Origin: an uncultured Gammaproteobacteria bacterium
GTDB lineage: Bacteria; Patescibacteriota; Microgenomatia; CAZETR01; Amesbacteraceae
DNA: 64,000 bases
Assembly: GCA_964502885.1 (NCBI GenBank)
Contig: CAZCXU010000001.1
Location: 93,352-157,351, forward strand
Direction of reading: 5' to 3'
Of the stretch, positions 53,191 to 62,360 are shown piece after piece (within the stretch, counting starts at the first letter, position 1; every line of letters begins with the position of its first letter). The translations under genes were made by a program, and so were the position numbers. The notes under the pieces were generated by a model. That model saw only the letters and a program-made list of their open reading frames with translations, made no database searches and was not told where the DNA came from.

Positions 53191-53467
53191 ATTCGGATTC
53201 GAAAAAAGCTTTTTTAACTCCACTGCTGGTTTGTATTTATGGTGACCGTCGCGTCGAACGCGACTAACGCGCCTCGTCCCGTTAAGCGGGACGCGTGGAA
53301 TCACGAACAAATCTTGCCCTCTTTGGCCAATTCGGATTCGAAAAGAGCTTTTTTAACTCCACTGCTGGTTTGTATTTATGGTGACCGTCGCGTCGAACGC
53401 GACTAACGCGCCTCGTCCCGTTAAGCGGGACGCGTGGAATCACGAACAAATCTTGCCCTCCTTTTAA
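53190..53467. repeat. Two near-identical tandem direct repeats of 139 bp immediately 3' of tRNA-Ser(GGA), each ending in a tRNA-3'-end-like motif
   Basis: Unit 1 is 53190-53328 and unit 2 is 53329-53467. They differ at one position (AAAAAAGC versus AAAAGAGC). Each unit reads AATTCGGATTCGAAAA(A/G)AGCTTTTTTAACTCC...GGTGACCGTCGCGTCGAACGCGACTAACGCGCCTCGTCCCGTTAAGCGGGACGCGTGGAATCACGAACAAATCTTGCCCTC. The unit ends resemble the tRNA 3' end CAAATCTCGCCCTCTCCGCC. Confidence 0.75.
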
Positions 53468-53470
53468 ATC

Positions 53471-53899
53471 ATGTCTGAAGTAAAATTGGAGCATATGCGA
53501 ACAAATGTGAGGGTGGGGGCGATAATTGAGAGGGATGGAAAAATGCTTCTTATTCACCGTTGGAAAAACGGAGATGAATATTGGGTATTGGTTGGTGGTG
53601 GGGTAGAAGAGGGAGAAGATTTGGTTGAGGCGTTGAAACGGGAAGTATTGGAAGAGACCTCTTTGCGGTTGAAGAACTGGGAAGTTGAGATAGAACATGA
53701 AGCAATGGGGATGATGCATAAAATTTTCCGTTGTGTTACTGAAGAAGGGGAGCCTGTATTGGGTGGTCCTGAAAAAGAGGCAGATTCTGATGAAAATAGA
53801 TATGTACTGGAGTGGGTAGATTTTTCTACTATTGCTGAGATTGAGGATATTTACCCGAGAGTCACAAGAGAACTAGCCAGGAAACGCATCGCAAAGTGA
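53471..53899 (+). CDS. NUDIX hydrolase
   Basis: Nudix box GGGVEEGEDLVEALKREVLEETSL (GX5EX7REUXEEXGU). Confidence 0.7.
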   Translation: MSEVKLEHMRTNVRVGAIIERDGKMLLIHRWKNGDEYWVLVGGGVEEGEDLVEALKREVLEETSLRLKNWEVEIEHEAMGMMHKIFRCVTEEGEPVLGGPEKEADSDENRYVLEWVDFSTIAEIEDIYPRVTRELARKRIAK

Positions 53900-55194
53900 G
53901 GGGATTGGCCGTAAAATGCATTGAAATGAAGCTACTGACAATTATTGTGCCGGTATTTAATGAGGTTTCCACTCTAGGTGAAGTGAGGAGAAGATTGAAT
54001 GATTTGGTATTGCCTTTTAGTGTAAAAAAACAGATTGTTTGGGTGGATGATAAATCAGCTGATGGAAGCAGGGAAATGCTTTTGAAATGGAAGAAGGAAA
54101 AAAACCGGAAAGAATCTTTTGTGTTTCATCGGAAGAATTCAGGTAAGGGAGCTGCTGTGCAGAGCGGGCTTTTGGAGGCGGTCGGGGATTATGTGGTGAT
54201 ACAGGATGCTGATTTGGAATATCATCCACTTGATATAAAAAAACTGGTAAGTTTAGCAATCAGGAAGAATCTGCTGGCGGTGTATGGGAGCAGGGATAGG
54301 GAGATTAAGAACAAGTATCTCTATCCACATTACTATTGGGGATCACGTTTTTTGTGTTTTTTGATGCGAGTTTTCCATGGCCAGAAACTGACGGATCCGG
54401 AGACTTGCTACAAGCTGATTCATAAAGATGTGCTTAAGTTTATCGGGGTCGAAGAGAAGGGTTTTGGAATGGAGATTGAAATTTCGGCAAAATTGGCCAG
54501 ACTGCGATTGGATATTGGTGAGGTGGGCATTGGATATACACCAAGAAGTTTTTCTCAGGGTAAAAAAATTCGGGCAAAAGACGGGTTGATTGCTATGGGG
54601 CTGATACTGAAGTACTGGCTGTCGGATTTGCATTATGGGTGGTTTGACAGGATTTTGCGAAAATGGCGCAGGGATGCGATTTTTAACGAGTTGAATATTG
54701 ACGAAACTGATGTGGTGATGGATGTGGGCTGTGGAAGGCAGGCTGACTTGGGTTGGAAAATGAGTGGGCAAATAAAACAATATGTGGGAGTGGATATGTC
54801 GGTACCGGAAGTTCGGATCGGCAACATATCTTTACTGAAACGGAATTTAGAAATGGCATTTGTTGTGCCGGATAAAATGCGACCCACGAAGCTGGTTGGG
54901 ATGGCAATTTTGGAGCACCTGAAACATCCGGAAAGTTTCTTAAAAAACTGCCACAAATTATTAAAGCCCGGGGGAATTTTGGCTCTAACCACTCCAGCGC
55001 CACCATTGGCCGATTTAGTTTTGAGAATACTTTCGTGGGTGAAGCTAATTGATGGAGGAGAGATAGACGATCATAAAAAATATTTCGGAATGAGAGAATT
55101 GGAAGAGAAGTTGAAAAGTGCCGGTTTTGAACTGATCAGAAAGAAAAAATTCATAGTGATTTTTAACAACATGGTAATGGCTAGGAAAATATGA
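53896..55194 (+). CDS. Fusion of a GT2 polyprenyl-phosphate glycosyltransferase (DPM1-like) and a class I SAM-dependent methyltransferase
   Basis: N-terminal GT-A motifs: LTIIVPVFNE, VDDKSADGS and IQDADLEYHP. C-terminal VMDVGCGRQADLG...LKPGGILALTTP are methyltransferase motifs I and post-I. Confidence 0.6.
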   Translation: MRGLAVKCIEMKLLTIIVPVFNEVSTLGEVRRRLNDLVLPFSVKKQIVWVDDKSADGSREMLLKWKKEKNRKESFVFHRKNSGKGAAVQSGLLEAVGDYVVIQDADLEYHPLDIKKLVSLAIRKNLLAVYGSRDREIKNKYLYPHYYWGSRFLCFLMRVFHGQKLTDPETCYKLIHKDVLKFIGVEEKGFGMEIEISAKLARLRLDIGEVGIGYTPRSFSQGKKIRAKDGLIAMGLILKYWLSDLHYGWFDRILRKWRRDAIFNELNIDETDVVMDVGCGRQADLGWKMSGQIKQYVGVDMSVPEVRIGNISLLKRNLEMAFVVPDKMRPTKLVGMAILEHLKHPESFLKNCHKLLKPGGILALTTPAPPLADLVLRILSWVKLIDGGEIDDHKKYFGMRELEEKLKSAGFELIRKKKFIVIFNNMVMARKI

Positions 55195-56297
55195 AGATGC
55201 TTGTATTGGTGGCGGTGGTGATATGGTCCTTGGTGTTTGTGTATTTTGGTTATTCGGGGATGGTAACGCAGCCGAATGAGGGAGATAGTCTGGCATATCA
55301 TTTGCCGATTGCGCAGATGATTGGTGCGGGTAGCTGGATGGATAGGAGCAACTTTTTGAAACCATTTTATTTTTATCCTGCCATGGGGGAGACGTTTCTT
55401 TCGGGAATAATGAAAGTTGGGTTGCCGGCGAATTGGTTTAACTGGTTGGGGTGGATAATGTGGTCGGGAATTGTCTATGGATTGTTGAGGATGGCCGGAT
55501 TGGGACGGTCTGAAAGTGTGATAGGAGCTGTGGGGGTGGTGATGTGGCCATCTGTGGTGCGACTTATTCCCAATCAGACTGTGGATATATGGATGGGGGT
55601 GTGGTGGGCTGCTGCTGCAAGACAATTGCTTTTACGGGGTAGAAGCTCGCTTTGGGCTGGGATTTTTTTGGGGATTTTGAGCGGGACGAAAGTTTCCGGG
55701 TTGCTGTTTTCTGTTGTGTTGTGGCTTGTGCTCAGCAGGAGCTGTGATAGAAAATTATGGGCAGCTTGGGTGGTAGTGGGAGGTTTCTGGTATATACGCA
55801 ATCTATTACTAACCGGCAATCCGATTTATCCTGCTAGTGTGTTTGGGTTTGTCGGTGATCCCAATTTTCATCTAATGGATTGGTCAGTGGCAAAGACACT
55901 GAGCAGTTTTGCGGGATGGCGATTGTGGAGTAGTGCGTTGATGTCAGAATATCTGGGATGGATGGGTTTGCTTGTGCTGCCCCTGTGGTTGCGGAACAAG
56001 TGGACGCTACTTGGACTTTTGAATTTGGGTGTTTATTTGTTGCTGCCATCGTGGCCGCAAAACATTGTGTCGGATTTGCGATACGCATTTGTGGTGTTTC
56101 TACCGCTGACCGTGGCAATGTGGAAAGAGGTAAAGAAAAGGCGATTAGAAGTGTGGATGGGGCTAATGACGATTTGTATGGCAGTGATGGAATTGACTCA
56201 GCTGGATTTCCGGCCGAAGTTGTTTGTGGTTGGTCTGGCAATTTCGGGATGGGTGCTTTACCGAAGGAGGGTAGATGTGGAAAAGTTTTTGGCATAA
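55191..56297 (+). CDS. Polytopic membrane protein (putative glycosyltransferase/flippase-like)
   Basis: 368 aa with about 11 TM helices, translationally coupled to the GT2-MTase gene. Confidence 0.3.
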   Translation: MKMLVLVAVVIWSLVFVYFGYSGMVTQPNEGDSLAYHLPIAQMIGAGSWMDRSNFLKPFYFYPAMGETFLSGIMKVGLPANWFNWLGWIMWSGIVYGLLRMAGLGRSESVIGAVGVVMWPSVVRLIPNQTVDIWMGVWWAAAARQLLLRGRSSLWAGIFLGILSGTKVSGLLFSVVLWLVLSRSCDRKLWAAWVVVGGFWYIRNLLLTGNPIYPASVFGFVGDPNFHLMDWSVAKTLSSFAGWRLWSSALMSEYLGWMGLLVLPLWLRNKWTLLGLLNLGVYLLLPSWPQNIVSDLRYAFVVFLPLTVAMWKEVKKRRLEVWMGLMTICMAVMELTQLDFRPKLFVVGLAISGWVLYRRRVDVEKFLA

Positions 56298-57816
56298 TTG
56301 TGGGCCGATGCTACTGGTGGTGGTGTGTGCTTTGTGGAGCGTGAGGGCCTTCCTGAATTGCCTGGACTGTTTTGCAAACTTTGGCCAGGACGGGTACCTG
56401 ATTGGGTGGATTTTGGACCAGGCAGGTAAAAATCTCTACGGGTTACATTTGGGTGGGTGGCAGCAAATATTTGGGGGTAACATATTTTATCCGGAAACCC
56501 AGGTTTTGCTCTATTCAGACTTATTTATTGTAACTAGTTTGTTGACGTATTACTGGGGTCGATTGGTGAACAATCCGATGATTTTGACAGGACTGGCGAT
56601 TGTGGGGGGGCAAGTATTGGTGATGGGGATATCGTATATATGGTGGAAAAAAATGTGTGGTAAAAAATGGATTGCGGCGTTGGCTGCAATAGCTTTCGGA
56701 CTGTCACAGGTTCGAATGCATTACCAAGTGCATTTGCAAATGTGGAATATGCAGTATTGGTTGCTGGGATGTTATTTGATATGGATGTGGGGACAGAACA
56801 AGCATCGAAATATGTGGTTGATAGCGGGTTTGAGTCTAATTGGTCTTCAAGCATGGGAGAGTGTATTGCCGGTATATTTTGCGATGTTGATGGTCGGGGT
56901 AATGTTGTGGAGTGGAGAAGTGAGAAAACATTGGAAAACTGTTTTTGTCGGTATTGTTGTGATGGGGGTTATCGCGATGATTCCGCTGTTTGGATATTGG
57001 CAGGTGAGCAATACTTATAATTTCCAAAGAACAATAAGAGATGCCGCTGCGGGGGGAATGTCGATTGATGATTTATGGGGAAAGTTTTTTAGTCCTGGGT
57101 TACTTATACTGGCTTTGATTACTGGTGTTTCCGGATGGAAAATGAGAGGAACTATTGGGAAGCTAAAGGAAATGAAATGGTTGGTGGTGGTGAGTGCGAT
57201 AAGTTTATTGTTGGCGATGGGGCCGGTGTTGAAGTGGGGCGGAAAGACGGTGAAGTTTAATGGGTGGGCGATTCCTCTACCGTATGCTGCCACATATTAT
57301 GTGGTACCGGGGATGGAAGCGTTTCGAACCCCTTCGCGCTGGATTTGGGTCGCCGTCTGGAGCGGGACGGCATTGGGGACGATAATTTTGGCAAATGTAA
57401 AAAATAAGCGATATATTTATTTGCTTATGTTGTTATCCTTATTTTTAGGTTCGAGTATTAATAGTGTTCGACGGTTTCCAATGAGAAAGGACGTTCCGGA
57501 AGTGTATAAATGGTTAACGGGCCAACCTGATGGTGTCGTGGTGAATTATCCGATGATAGTAGGAGAAGATGCGGCTGTGGAGATGAGCTACAGTATTTAT
57601 CACAAAAAGACATTGGTGGAAGGTTTCTCGGGGTTTGCGCCCCCACAGATTTTGTTGATTAGGAATGAAGTGAATGAGGCTTCTGACAGCGGGAAACTAT
57701 TGGAGATTTCAAAAAGGGTTGGGGCAACATATCTGATTACAAACAAACGGGAAATAAATAACGATGTAAATAAGATAGTCTATGAAGATGATATGAACAG
57801 AGTTTATAAGCTGTAG
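56275..57816 (+). CDS. Polytopic membrane protein with C-terminal soluble domain (putative GT-C family glycosyltransferase)
   Basis: 513 aa. N-terminal about 350 aa holds multiple TM helices. The C-terminal roughly 130 aa is globular. The architecture is similar to the 50225-51724 protein. Confidence 0.3.
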   Translation: MWKSFWHNCGPMLLVVVCALWSVRAFLNCLDCFANFGQDGYLIGWILDQAGKNLYGLHLGGWQQIFGGNIFYPETQVLLYSDLFIVTSLLTYYWGRLVNNPMILTGLAIVGGQVLVMGISYIWWKKMCGKKWIAALAAIAFGLSQVRMHYQVHLQMWNMQYWLLGCYLIWMWGQNKHRNMWLIAGLSLIGLQAWESVLPVYFAMLMVGVMLWSGEVRKHWKTVFVGIVVMGVIAMIPLFGYWQVSNTYNFQRTIRDAAAGGMSIDDLWGKFFSPGLLILALITGVSGWKMRGTIGKLKEMKWLVVVSAISLLLAMGPVLKWGGKTVKFNGWAIPLPYAATYYVVPGMEAFRTPSRWIWVAVWSGTALGTIILANVKNKRYIYLLMLLSLFLGSSINSVRRFPMRKDVPEVYKWLTGQPDGVVVNYPMIVGEDAAVEMSYSIYHKKTLVEGFSGFAPPQILLIRNEVNEASDSGKLLEISKRVGATYLITNKREINNDVNKIVYEDDMNRVYKL

Positions 57817-57845
57817 TCGTCGCAAATACGCTATACAATAATTGT

Positions 57846-59279
57846 ATGAAGCAAACAGTAAAACTGTGGTTTGTGTGGATGGTTGGGGCGGTCATGGTCT
57901 TTGCGGTAACAATGGGCGGGTGCGGATTGGTCGGATACCGATTAATGAGGGCGATATATGACGATCGGCGAGATTCGTTCGCAAAGTATTACCAGGGAAC
58001 CGCCTGGTGCGGAAAAGGGCTGCCATTTTTTGAGCATCTTAAAAAAATATTTGATGGAAAGTATGTAGTATTGCTGCAAAACAATTATGAATTGAGGCCT
58101 ACCGGGGGATTTATGGGAAGCTTTGCAAAAGTGGAATTTCGTGAGGGGGGATTGAAAAATATTTCGGTACAAGATATTTATGAGTTGGATGGAAAACTGC
58201 CCGGACATGTGGAACCTCCGTATCCGGTTCAGGAGGCGTTTGGGCAGGGATGGTGGAAGCTTCGTGATGCCAATTGGGACACTGATTTTGCGACAACGGC
58301 GGCGACTGTGTCCTGGTTTATGGAGCAGGGGGGCGAGAAAGAGATTGACGGAGTAATAGGGATAAATTTGTTTTTGCTAGAAAGGATATTGGCAGCTGTG
58401 GGGGGAGTGGAGGTTACGAGTTATGGTGAGAGGGTTACTGACAAAAACTTATATTCGTTGGCGCAAAAATATGCTGAGACACGCACGCAAGGGAACAAGA
58501 CTGACAAGCGGGGGTTTTTGGGGGCATTGGGGACAGCTCTTTTGGAGAAGCTGAGAGCAGTAGGACTACGAGAGTGGTTGTCTGTGGGGTCTGTGTTGTG
58601 GGGGGAACTGAATCAGCGACAAGTGTTGGTGTGGATGAAAGATGCGGCAATACAAAAAGATGTAGAAAGAATGAGGTGGAGCGGTGGTTTGTCTGAGGGG
58701 TGGGGAGGGGCAGGAGATTATGTATATATAGTAGACAGTAATTTGGGGGCAAATAAATCGGATTGCTGCATCAAAAGAAAACTTATACAGGAGGTGGATA
58801 AGAATGGTGATGGTGTAACAGTGAAGCTGAAACTGGAATGGAAAAATGAAAATGATTTTGAGGTTCCCAAACCGCCAATTTTCTGGGGAGGTAATTACTT
58901 GTCATATACGCGAATAGTGCTACCTAAAGAAGCGGTGAAATTGGTGGATGTCACTGTCGGAGCTGAGAAATTGCGACGAGGAGACGAGAAAGATTTTTTG
59001 GTGAAAACATCATTGCGTAGAGGAATTTCCAAGGAGATATATAAAGTTTCTGAGAGACAGGGTTTTGTGGAAGTCGGTTTTTGGGTAATGGTAAAGGCAC
59101 AACAATTGCAGACTGCCGAAGTGGTATTTGAAAGTGGTAGAAGTCCACGGAGACAATATGAAACGTTTGTGAGAAGACAGCCGGGAATAACTGGTTTTGA
59201 CTATTTGTTGAAGATGGGGGAGAAGGTGCGGGTGGTCACGTATATAGACAAAGATAGTCAATTTAAGGTATTGTGGTAG
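57846..59279 (+). CDS. Membrane-anchored DUF4012-like protein
   Basis: N-terminal TM helix, then ...NNYELRPTGGFMGSFAKVEF..., the conserved RPTGGF core I associate with DUF4012. Confidence 0.4.
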   Translation: MKQTVKLWFVWMVGAVMVFAVTMGGCGLVGYRLMRAIYDDRRDSFAKYYQGTAWCGKGLPFFEHLKKIFDGKYVVLLQNNYELRPTGGFMGSFAKVEFREGGLKNISVQDIYELDGKLPGHVEPPYPVQEAFGQGWWKLRDANWDTDFATTAATVSWFMEQGGEKEIDGVIGINLFLLERILAAVGGVEVTSYGERVTDKNLYSLAQKYAETRTQGNKTDKRGFLGALGTALLEKLRAVGLREWLSVGSVLWGELNQRQVLVWMKDAAIQKDVERMRWSGGLSEGWGGAGDYVYIVDSNLGANKSDCCIKRKLIQEVDKNGDGVTVKLKLEWKNENDFEVPKPPIFWGGNYLSYTRIVLPKEAVKLVDVTVGAEKLRRGDEKDFLVKTSLRRGISKEIYKVSERQGFVEVGFWVMVKAQQLQTAEVVFESGRSPRRQYETFVRRQPGITGFDYLLKMGEKVRVVTYIDKDSQFKVLW

Positions 59280-60130
59280 TAATGAAGCAATTGTTTAAGC
59301 TGCTTACCGCCAGTTTTTGGACGTTTGCGACGACGCTTCTGGTAGTGATGGTGTTTTTTGCAGGTTTCAGGACGGTGGCTGCAGGAGAAGTGGCGGTGGT
59401 GACCAGATTTGGTGAAGTAACAGGTAGGGTGCTTTCTCCGGGAGCAAATTTCATAGTGCCATTTTTTGAATCGACTTTGTATTACAACACTAAAAAGATT
59501 AACTATGAAACTGCTCCGGCAGAAAAGTCACTGAGTTCAAATGCTGACTATCGGGATATTCCCGTAGATACAAACACCAAGGATGGACAGCCTGTGGATA
59601 TCAGCTATACAGTCAGATTTTCTGTTGATCCCACAAAAGCAACTTGGGTGGCACAAAACATAGGCAGCGAACAAGCTTTGATTGAAAAAATTGTAAAAAC
59701 GGAGTCACGTATCTGGACGAGAAATGTCCCGAGAGGATTTTCTGCCGAAGATTTGTATACGGGAGAAGGGTCTTTGCAGGTGCAGCAGGCGATATTTGAA
59801 AAACTGCGGCCGGTATTTGAGTCAAATGGTTTGATATTGGATACGGTGGGGGTCCGGGAAATAACTTTTGACAGGTCTTATGTAGAGGCGATTAAAGCAA
59901 AACAAGTAGAACTGGTGAAAATTGAAGTGGAGAAGAATAAAGCTGCGCAGGAAGAATTTAAAAAGGAACAGAGGATTACCGCTGCAGAGGGACAAGCTAG
60001 AGAACAGGAATTGCAGAGAAGCACAATTTCTGAGGCACTGCTTCGCAAGATTTGGATAGAGAAGTGGGACGGGAAACTGCCCAACTATGTGGGTGGATCT
60101 GATGCCAGTACACTATTACAGATTCCTTAG
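59273..60130 (+). CDS. SPFH/band-7 (stomatin/prohibitin/HflC-like) membrane protein
   Basis: N-terminal TM helix. SPFH core ...FRTVAAGEVAVVTRFGEV...LSPGANFIVPFFES.... C-terminal coiled coil. Confidence 0.7.
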   Translation: MVVMKQLFKLLTASFWTFATTLLVVMVFFAGFRTVAAGEVAVVTRFGEVTGRVLSPGANFIVPFFESTLYYNTKKINYETAPAEKSLSSNADYRDIPVDTNTKDGQPVDISYTVRFSVDPTKATWVAQNIGSEQALIEKIVKTESRIWTRNVPRGFSAEDLYTGEGSLQVQQAIFEKLRPVFESNGLILDTVGVREITFDRSYVEAIKAKQVELVKIEVEKNKAAQEEFKKEQRITAAEGQAREQELQRSTISEALLRKIWIEKWDGKLPNYVGGSDASTLLQIP

Positions 60131-60488
60131 AATTATGGCCAAAGGTAGGTATCATGTGGATGAAATGGAAAGAAAGTGGCTATTGATATGCATAATGATG
60201 GGGGTGGCTTTGTTTTTGGGATTGGTGGCGTGGCAGATGCGGGTGGATAAAATCAACATGTGGTATGACTCCTTGATTGAGAGGGGGAAAACAGCGGAGG
60301 CCACGGAATCAGCAAAACCCAAAGTGGTCGATTTTTTTGCTTGTGGAGACAATTGCCCGGGGCCGGAAAGTAAGTATACGGTGAAAGTGTATGAGGGGGT
60401 GACTTCGAGTGAAGAATGTGCAAAGTGGGGAGGAAGGTGGAAGTCGTTTGTGGGGTGGGGAACAACATACTACTGTCAGGCGCGGTAG
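60087..60488 (+). CDS. Hypothetical membrane-anchored small protein with Cys pairs
   Basis: 133-aa ORF with a TM helix (LLICIMMGVALFLGLVAW) and a C-terminal CGDNCPG...C motif. The start is probably an internal Met. Confidence 0.25.
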   Translation: MWVDLMPVHYYRFLRIMAKGRYHVDEMERKWLLICIMMGVALFLGLVAWQMRVDKINMWYDSLIERGKTAEATESAKPKVVDFFACGDNCPGPESKYTVKVYEGVTSSEECAKWGGRWKSFVGWGTTYYCQAR

Positions 60489-60520
60489 CCACAATTTAGT
60501 GTGATATTATCGGGGGGAAT

Positions 60521-62269
60521 ATGGATCAGGTTGAAGACGTAAAAAGTAAAGTAGACATGGTGCAGTTGGTGGGGGAATACGTGAAACTTAATAAAGCGGG
60601 GAGAAACTATAAGGGATTGTGCCCATTTCATGGGGAAAAAACACCATCATTTATGGTGAATCCGGAATTGCAAATATATAAGTGTTTCGGATGCGGCGAA
60701 GGGGGAGATGCATACCAATTTATACAAAAGATGGAGGGAGTGGAATTTGGCGAGGCATTGAAAATGCTTGCCAAGAGGGTGGGGGTGACTTTGCAAAGCT
60801 ATACGCCCACTAAAGGAGAAGAGCAGCGGGAGAGGTGGTATGGAATAAACCAGATAACAGCTGATTATTATCACTATTTGTTGACCAAGCATGAGGTGGG
60901 TAAACTCGCTCTGGAGTATTTAACAAAACGGGGTATCAGCGAACAATCGATAACCAGTTATCGATTGGGATATGCGCCGGATGGCTGGGACTTTCTGATT
61001 AAGTATCTGGTTTCAAAAAAAGGCTACAAAGTTGAAGATTTAGAGAAAGCCGGATTGGTAGTGCCAAGTCAAAAAGGGGGGTATGACCGGTTTAGGAATC
61101 GGGTAATGTTTCCACTAACCAATCATCGCGGACAGGTGGTTGGGTTTGCCGGCAGAGTGATGCCGGGAGCTGATGAGAAAGCAGGTGGGAAGTATGTTAA
61201 TACACCGGAAACAGAGATCTACCACAAGGGAGATTTGCTTTACGGGTTGGATCAAAATAAAGTGGAAATTAAAAATGCGGGATGGGTGGTGATAGTGGAG
61301 GGGGAGGTGGATTCGATAGCAAGCGTACAGGCGGGAATTAAAAATGTAGTGGCCATTAAGGGATCGGCTTTGACAGCAAGGCAAGTGGAGATATTGAAGA
61401 GATATACAGACACTTTGGTGCTGGCATTGGATGCAGATTTGGCTGGTGATGCTGCGGCGCGGCGGGGAATTGAGATTGCGCAAAAGGCGGGAATGATTAT
61501 CAAAGTTGTCGAATCAGGGTCTTTGGCGGTGAACCCAAATAAATATAAAGATCCAGGAGAATGGGCGATGGCTGACGCGCTTGGTTGGGGTGCGGCTGTT
61601 GCGGCAGCGGTACCAATCTATGACTTTTATATCGAATCGGCGATTGAGAGATATGGATTGGATGTAGTGGGTAAAATGCGGGTAAGTAAAGAAATTTTGC
61701 CGTTGCTTTTTCGTATAGATGATGAGATTACGAAAGGGCATTATATTAAGAAGCTGGCAAAAGTTTTGGATGCTGCGGAGGATGATGTGCGAAAACAGAT
61801 GGGGAAGTTGTCATTTGGCAAAAGTGAAGAGGTGTTGGATGGGCAAGGCGGAGCAAAAACCGGACCGAAGACACGAAGAGAAGTCAAAGAAGAATATGTG
61901 GTGGGGCTGGCGCTGCGGTCTGATTTGACTGAAAAGCTGCTGGCGCCGGAAGTGGTAAATTTGTTTGAAAGTGGAATCTGGAAGCGAATAGTCGATGAAG
62001 TGGGAAAGCATTACCAGCCGGGTATGAAAGTGCGGGATTTGATAGATAGGTTTCCTGCGGAAATACGACAAAAGGCGGAGGAGATAGTGCTGGCGGTCGG
62101 AGAGAGTATCAAAGAGGGGGATTTGGAAAAAGAGTGGGAAACGGCAGTCAGGCTACTTGAAGAGGCGGTCTTGAGGGAAAAGATAGCCAATCTCAGGGGC
62201 AGGGAAGGTAAGGAGGCTGAGGTGGCCAAGCTGGTGGTGCGATTAAACGAGTTGACGCGAGTCGATTAG
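60521..62269 (+). CDS. dnaG: DNA primase
   Basis: Zinc-binding CPFHGEKTPSFMVNPELQIYKCFGCGEGGD and a TOPRIM domain (EGEVDSIA...ALDADLAGD). Confidence 0.9.
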   Translation: MDQVEDVKSKVDMVQLVGEYVKLNKAGRNYKGLCPFHGEKTPSFMVNPELQIYKCFGCGEGGDAYQFIQKMEGVEFGEALKMLAKRVGVTLQSYTPTKGEEQRERWYGINQITADYYHYLLTKHEVGKLALEYLTKRGISEQSITSYRLGYAPDGWDFLIKYLVSKKGYKVEDLEKAGLVVPSQKGGYDRFRNRVMFPLTNHRGQVVGFAGRVMPGADEKAGGKYVNTPETEIYHKGDLLYGLDQNKVEIKNAGWVVIVEGEVDSIASVQAGIKNVVAIKGSALTARQVEILKRYTDTLVLALDADLAGDAAARRGIEIAQKAGMIIKVVESGSLAVNPNKYKDPGEWAMADALGWGAAVAAAVPIYDFYIESAIERYGLDVVGKMRVSKEILPLLFRIDDEITKGHYIKKLAKVLDAAEDDVRKQMGKLSFGKSEEVLDGQGGAKTGPKTRREVKEEYVVGLALRSDLTEKLLAPEVVNLFESGIWKRIVDEVGKHYQPGMKVRDLIDRFPAEIRQKAEEIVLAVGESIKEGDLEKEWETAVRLLEEAVLREKIANLRGREGKEAEVAKLVVRLNELTRVD

Positions 62270-62360
62270 CAGTGTATATTCTAGGATGTTTCGACCATGA
62301 CGCTTGTGGTTGTCCCAATTTTAGATTCGGACAACCCTCGTTGACACAGGCCGTTTTTAT

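Noticed and set aside
53074-53719. Minus-strand ORFs of 78 and 145 aa sharing the peptide FVIPRVPLNGTRRVSRVRRDGHHKYKPAVELKKLFSNPNW.
   Set aside because: The shared peptide is simply the translation of the two 139-bp tandem DNA repeats next to tRNA-Ser(GGA). The 145-aa ORF is also antisense to the NUDIX gene start. Not coding.
62270-62360. Possible sigma-70 promoter (TTGACA at 62341-62346) in front of rpoD.
   Set aside because: No -10 element at correct spacing, and it lies too close to the start codon, so it is probably coincidental.
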